This document shows positions 60,827 to 64,000 of a DNA stretch of 64,000 bases, in pieces; position 1 is the stretch's first letter, and each line of letters starts with the position of its first letter. The notes under the pieces were generated by a model. It saw nothing but the letters and a program-made list of their open reading frames with translations. It was not told where the DNA came from and ran no database searches. The stretch lies in the NCBI GenBank assembly GCA_963767925.1, contig CAVYGB010000008.1, positions 2,464,001-2,528,000 on the forward strand. Reading direction: 5' to 3'. The DNA is from an uncultured delta proteobacterium. GTDB lineage: Bacteria > Myxococcota_A > Polyangia > Fen-1088. A program made the position numbers and the translations under genes.

Positions 60827-62572
60827 ATGGTCGGACGCGTCCGCGCTTCGAAGCAGGACCCCGGGAGGGTCGCGCGCCCACCGCAATGGGCCACCCGCCG
60901 GGCCGGCCTGGGGCTCCTCGCGCTCTTGCTGGGCGGGTTGCTGCCGGCGGGGCCCTCGGCGGCCCAGGCCCCCGCGGCCAAGCCCCGCGCCCCCGGCGCC
61001 CCCGGCAAGCCAGGCGGCCCGCCGCCGGAGAGCGCGGCCCCCGGGCCCTCCGGCGGCGCGCTGTCGCCGATCATCGACCTGGCCGAGCCGGCCGAGCCCA
61101 CCTTCACCACGCCCCCGCCCGCCCCCGCCGAGATCGGCGCCCGCAAGACCTGGCTGAAGGCCCGGCTCGACGAGATCGCCAACCACCCCGCCTTCGTGGG
61201 CGCCAAGGTGTCGATGGCGGTGGCCGAGCTCGAGACCGGCCAGATGCTCTACGGGCACAACGAGAAGATGCAGCTCAACGCTGCCTCCAACGTCAAGCTC
61301 GTCACCTCGGCGGCGGCCCTGTCGCGGCTAGGTCCGGAGTACCGCTGGCGCACGGTTGTGTTCGGCCCCGCCCAGTCCGGCGGCCGCTGGCTGGGCCCCG
61401 GCGGCGAGCTGCCTGGCGACCTGTACCTGGTGGGCTCGGGCGATCCCACCCTCGACAACGAAGCCCTCGGCGACCTGGCCGCGGCGGTGGCCGCGCAGGG
61501 GCTGCGCCGGGTGCGCGGCGGGCTGGTCGTCGATTCCAGCTTCTTCGATGGCAACGCGGTGGGGCCAGCCTACGAGCAGAAGACCGAATCGGCCGCCTAC
61601 CGATCGCCCTCCTCGGCCGCCTCGCTCAACGGCAACGCCGTCGTGGTCACGGTGATCCCCGCCGCCCGGGCGGGGGCTCCCGCCCGCATCACCCTCGAGC
61701 CGATGTCCCCCTATTTCACCGTGGCGGGCCGGATCGTCACCGCGGGCATGACCGGCCCCGCTGTCCCCCTGGTCGAGACCGATCAGCAGGGCGAGCAGAC
61801 CCGGGTCATCGTCTCGGGCCGGGTGCGCCTGGGGTCCGAACCCCGGGTGTTCTTCCGGCGGGTGGTCCACCCGGAGCTGTTCCTGGGCCACACCTTCCAG
61901 CAGGTGCTGCGCAAGCGGGGCATCACGGTCGACAAGCCGCTGCGGCTGGGGGCCGTCCCCACCGAGGGCTTCCGCACGCTGGCCGCCCACGACTCGCCCT
62001 CCCTGGCGGTGGTGATGCACGAGCTGAACAAGCGCTCGAGCAACTTTGCCGCCGAGCAGGTGCTGCGCACGCTGGGCGCCGAGGTGGTGGGACGGCCAGG
62101 CACCTGGGAAAACGGGCTCGAGGCGGTGGCCCGCTACCTCGAGAGCCTCGGCATCAACCGCAGCGCTTACAAGATGTCCAACGGCGCCGGCCTCTACGAC
62201 TCGAACCGTTTCACCTCGGAGCAGCTCATCACGGTGATGCGCACGACCCTGCGCGACTTCCGCATCGCCAGCGAGTATCTTTCTTCCCTTGCAGTGGCGG
62301 GCATCGACGGGACGCTCGGTCAGCGCATGGGCGGAACCGTGGCCCACCGCTTCGTGCGGGCCAAGACCGGCACCCTGGCCAACGTCAGCGCCCTGTCGGG
62401 GGTGGTCGGCGCCCCCGGGCAAAAGCCCCTGCTCTTTTCCATCGTGGTCAACGACGTGATCAACTCGGTGGCGGCGCGGGCCGCTCAGGACCGGGCGGCC
62501 GAGCTGCTCGTGATGTACCTCGACCCGGCCGCGCTGCCGACGGCATCGGCTCCGCCCCGGCGGGAGCCCTGA
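60827..62572 (+). CDS. dacB: D-Ala-D-Ala carboxypeptidase/endopeptidase (PBP4, peptidase S13)
   Basis: SxxK (ASNVK), GSGDPTL, SxN (SSN), KTGTL. Confidence 0.92.
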   Translation: MVGRVRASKQDPGRVARPPQWATRRAGLGLLALLLGGLLPAGPSAAQAPAAKPRAPGAPGKPGGPPPESAAPGPSGGALSPIIDLAEPAEPTFTTPPPAPAEIGARKTWLKARLDEIANHPAFVGAKVSMAVAELETGQMLYGHNEKMQLNAASNVKLVTSAAALSRLGPEYRWRTVVFGPAQSGGRWLGPGGELPGDLYLVGSGDPTLDNEALGDLAAAVAAQGLRRVRGGLVVDSSFFDGNAVGPAYEQKTESAAYRSPSSAASLNGNAVVVTVIPAARAGAPARITLEPMSPYFTVAGRIVTAGMTGPAVPLVETDQQGEQTRVIVSGRVRLGSEPRVFFRRVVHPELFLGHTFQQVLRKRGITVDKPLRLGAVPTEGFRTLAAHDSPSLAVVMHELNKRSSNFAAEQVLRTLGAEVVGRPGTWENGLEAVARYLESLGINRSAYKMSNGAGLYDSNRFTSEQLITVMRTTLRDFRIASEYLSSLAVAGIDGTLGQRMGGTVAHRFVRAKTGTLANVSALSGVVGAPGQKPLLFSIVVNDVINSVAARAAQDRAAELLVMYLDPAALPTASAPPRREP

Positions 62573-62573
62573 C

Positions 62574-63707
62574 GTGACGGCGCCACCCACCGAAAAGCCT
62601 CCCCGGCTCACCCCCCTGGCCGCGGCCCACCGCCAGCTCGGCGCCCGCATGGTCGACTTCGGGGGCTGGCTGATGCCCCTGCACTACCAGCCGGGCATCC
62701 TCGAGGAGCACCACCGCACCCGCCGCGCGGTGGGGATCTTCGACGTCTCGCACATGGGCGAGGTGCACTTCGAGGGGCCGGGGGCGGCGGCCGCCGTGCA
62801 ACGGCTCTGCACCAACCACATCGGCCGCCTGGCCGATGGCCAGGCGCTCTACACGGTGGCCTGCCGGCCCGACGGGGGCATCGTCGACGACCTCATCGTC
62901 TACCGCCTGACCGGCGAGCACTACCTGGCCGTGGTCAACGCCAGCAACATCGAGAAGGACTTCGCCTGGTTCCAGGACAACGTCGGGCAACGTTGCCACC
63001 TGCGAGACGCCTCGGACGAGACCGCGCTCATCGCCTTCCAGGGGCCCGAGGCGACCGCCGCCCTGTCGCCGCTGGTCGCCGGAGACGCCCTGCCCGCCCG
63101 CCCCTTCCAGCTCCGCAGCGACGTGGCGCTGGCCGGACGGGTGGTCTCCATCGCCCGCACCGGCTACACCGGCGAGGACGGCTTCGAGATCTTCTGCCGG
63201 ACCGAGGACGCGCCCCCCCTGTGGGAGGCCCTGGTCGAGGCGGCCAACCGCCACGGCGGCCTGCCGGTCGGCCTGGGGGCCCGCGACACCCTCCGGCTGG
63301 AGGCGCGACTCTCGCTGTACGGCAACGAGCTCGACGACACGACCACCCCGCTCGAGGCCGGGCTGGGCTGGGTGGTCAAGTGGGACGCGGGGGACTTCCT
63401 GGGCAAGGAGGCCCTGCAGCGACAGGAGACCGAGGGCCTGCGGCGCAAGCTGGTCGGCTTCGTCGTCGAGGGGCGGGGCATCGCCCGCCACGGCTACGGC
63501 ATCCAGGTCTCCGAGGACGGTCCCCGGGTGGGAGAGGTGACCTCCGGCGGGTATGGTCCCACCGTGGGCAAGAGCATCGGTCTCGGGTACGTGCCGGCCG
63601 ACCTGGCCGAGCCCGGCCGGCGGCTGGCCATCGACTGCCGCGGTCGGCTGGCCCTCGCCGAGGTGGTAAAAGGCCCGTTCTATCGACGCGGACAGACTTC
63701 CGCGTAA
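62574..63707 (+). CDS. gcvT: Glycine cleavage aminomethyltransferase
   Basis: MVDFGGW.MP, FDVSHMGE, RTGYTGEDGFE, GLGARDTLRLEA. Confidence 0.95.
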   Translation: MTAPPTEKPPRLTPLAAAHRQLGARMVDFGGWLMPLHYQPGILEEHHRTRRAVGIFDVSHMGEVHFEGPGAAAAVQRLCTNHIGRLADGQALYTVACRPDGGIVDDLIVYRLTGEHYLAVVNASNIEKDFAWFQDNVGQRCHLRDASDETALIAFQGPEATAALSPLVAGDALPARPFQLRSDVALAGRVVSIARTGYTGEDGFEIFCRTEDAPPLWEALVEAANRHGGLPVGLGARDTLRLEARLSLYGNELDDTTTPLEAGLGWVVKWDAGDFLGKEALQRQETEGLRRKLVGFVVEGRGIARHGYGIQVSEDGPRVGEVTSGGYGPTVGKSIGLGYVPADLAEPGRRLAIDCRGRLALAEVVKGPFYRRGQTSA

Positions 63708-63734
63708 ACTTCGCATCCAGACTCCGGAGAGACG

Positions 63735-64000
63735 ATGAGCGACCAGATTCCAGAAGACCTCCTCTACACCGAGGACCACGAGTGGGCCCGCATCGAGGGC
63801 AAGGTGGCCACGGTGGGGATCACCCAGTTCGCCGTCGAGAAGCTCGGCGACGTCATCCAGGTGGACCTGCCCCGGGAGGAGGAGACCCTCAAGCAGCGCG
63901 ACGTGTTCGGCAGCGTCGAGTCGGTCAAGGCGGTGTCGGATCTGCTGGCGCCCCTGTCGGGACGGGTGCTCAAGGTCAACTCGCCCCTGTCCGACTCGCC
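63735..64000 (+). CDS. gcvH: Glycine cleavage H protein (runs off the window end)
   Basis: Hand translation gives MSDQIPEDLLYTEDHEW..VGITQFA..VESVKAVSD, containing the lipoyl lysine. Confidence 0.93.
   Translation, partial: MSDQIPEDLLYTEDHEWARIEGKVATVGITQFAVEKLGDVIQVDLPREEETLKQRDVFGSVESVKAVSDLLAPLSGRVLKVNSPLSDS

Noticed and set aside
62500..62574. Glycine riboswitch upstream of gcvT
   Set aside because: gcvT starts 1 nt after the dacB stop; there is no room and no aptamer motif.

Overview
Very GC-rich bacterial chromosomal DNA. The gene content (type IV pilus genes, MYXO-CTERM-like tail, DUF1592/DUF1552 pair, Ser/Thr kinase, mevalonate pathway) points to a myxobacterium (Myxococcota); this is an inference. 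The window runs from the end of a pil locus (pilT-pilC-pilS) through accessory genes: an esterase, a two-component pair, a desaturase, surface lipoproteins, formamidase, tRNA-Gly(CCC), an rpoZ homologue, nhaA, a glgX-malQ fusion, an ECF/anti-sigma pair and mscS. Next come an unusual ergothioneine locus (betaine-type ABC importer, EgtD-EgtB fusion, enolase-superfamily gene) and a kinase/ECF/DUF1592-DUF1552/GH95/GH9 cluster. It ends with an MTA deaminase/phosphorylase pair, a mevalonate-to-HpnC operon, rarA, dacB, gcvT and gcvH. Several conserved genes are split by short indels, most likely long-read consensus errors. Most interesting: the ergothioneine locus, a 173-bp palindromic element after pilS, two candidate structured RNAs (upstream of rpoZ and of an RRM gene), and a GH9 with an altered catalytic motif. 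No CRISPR array, rRNA or transposase was seen. All calls come from motif recognition by eye; no database searches were run.
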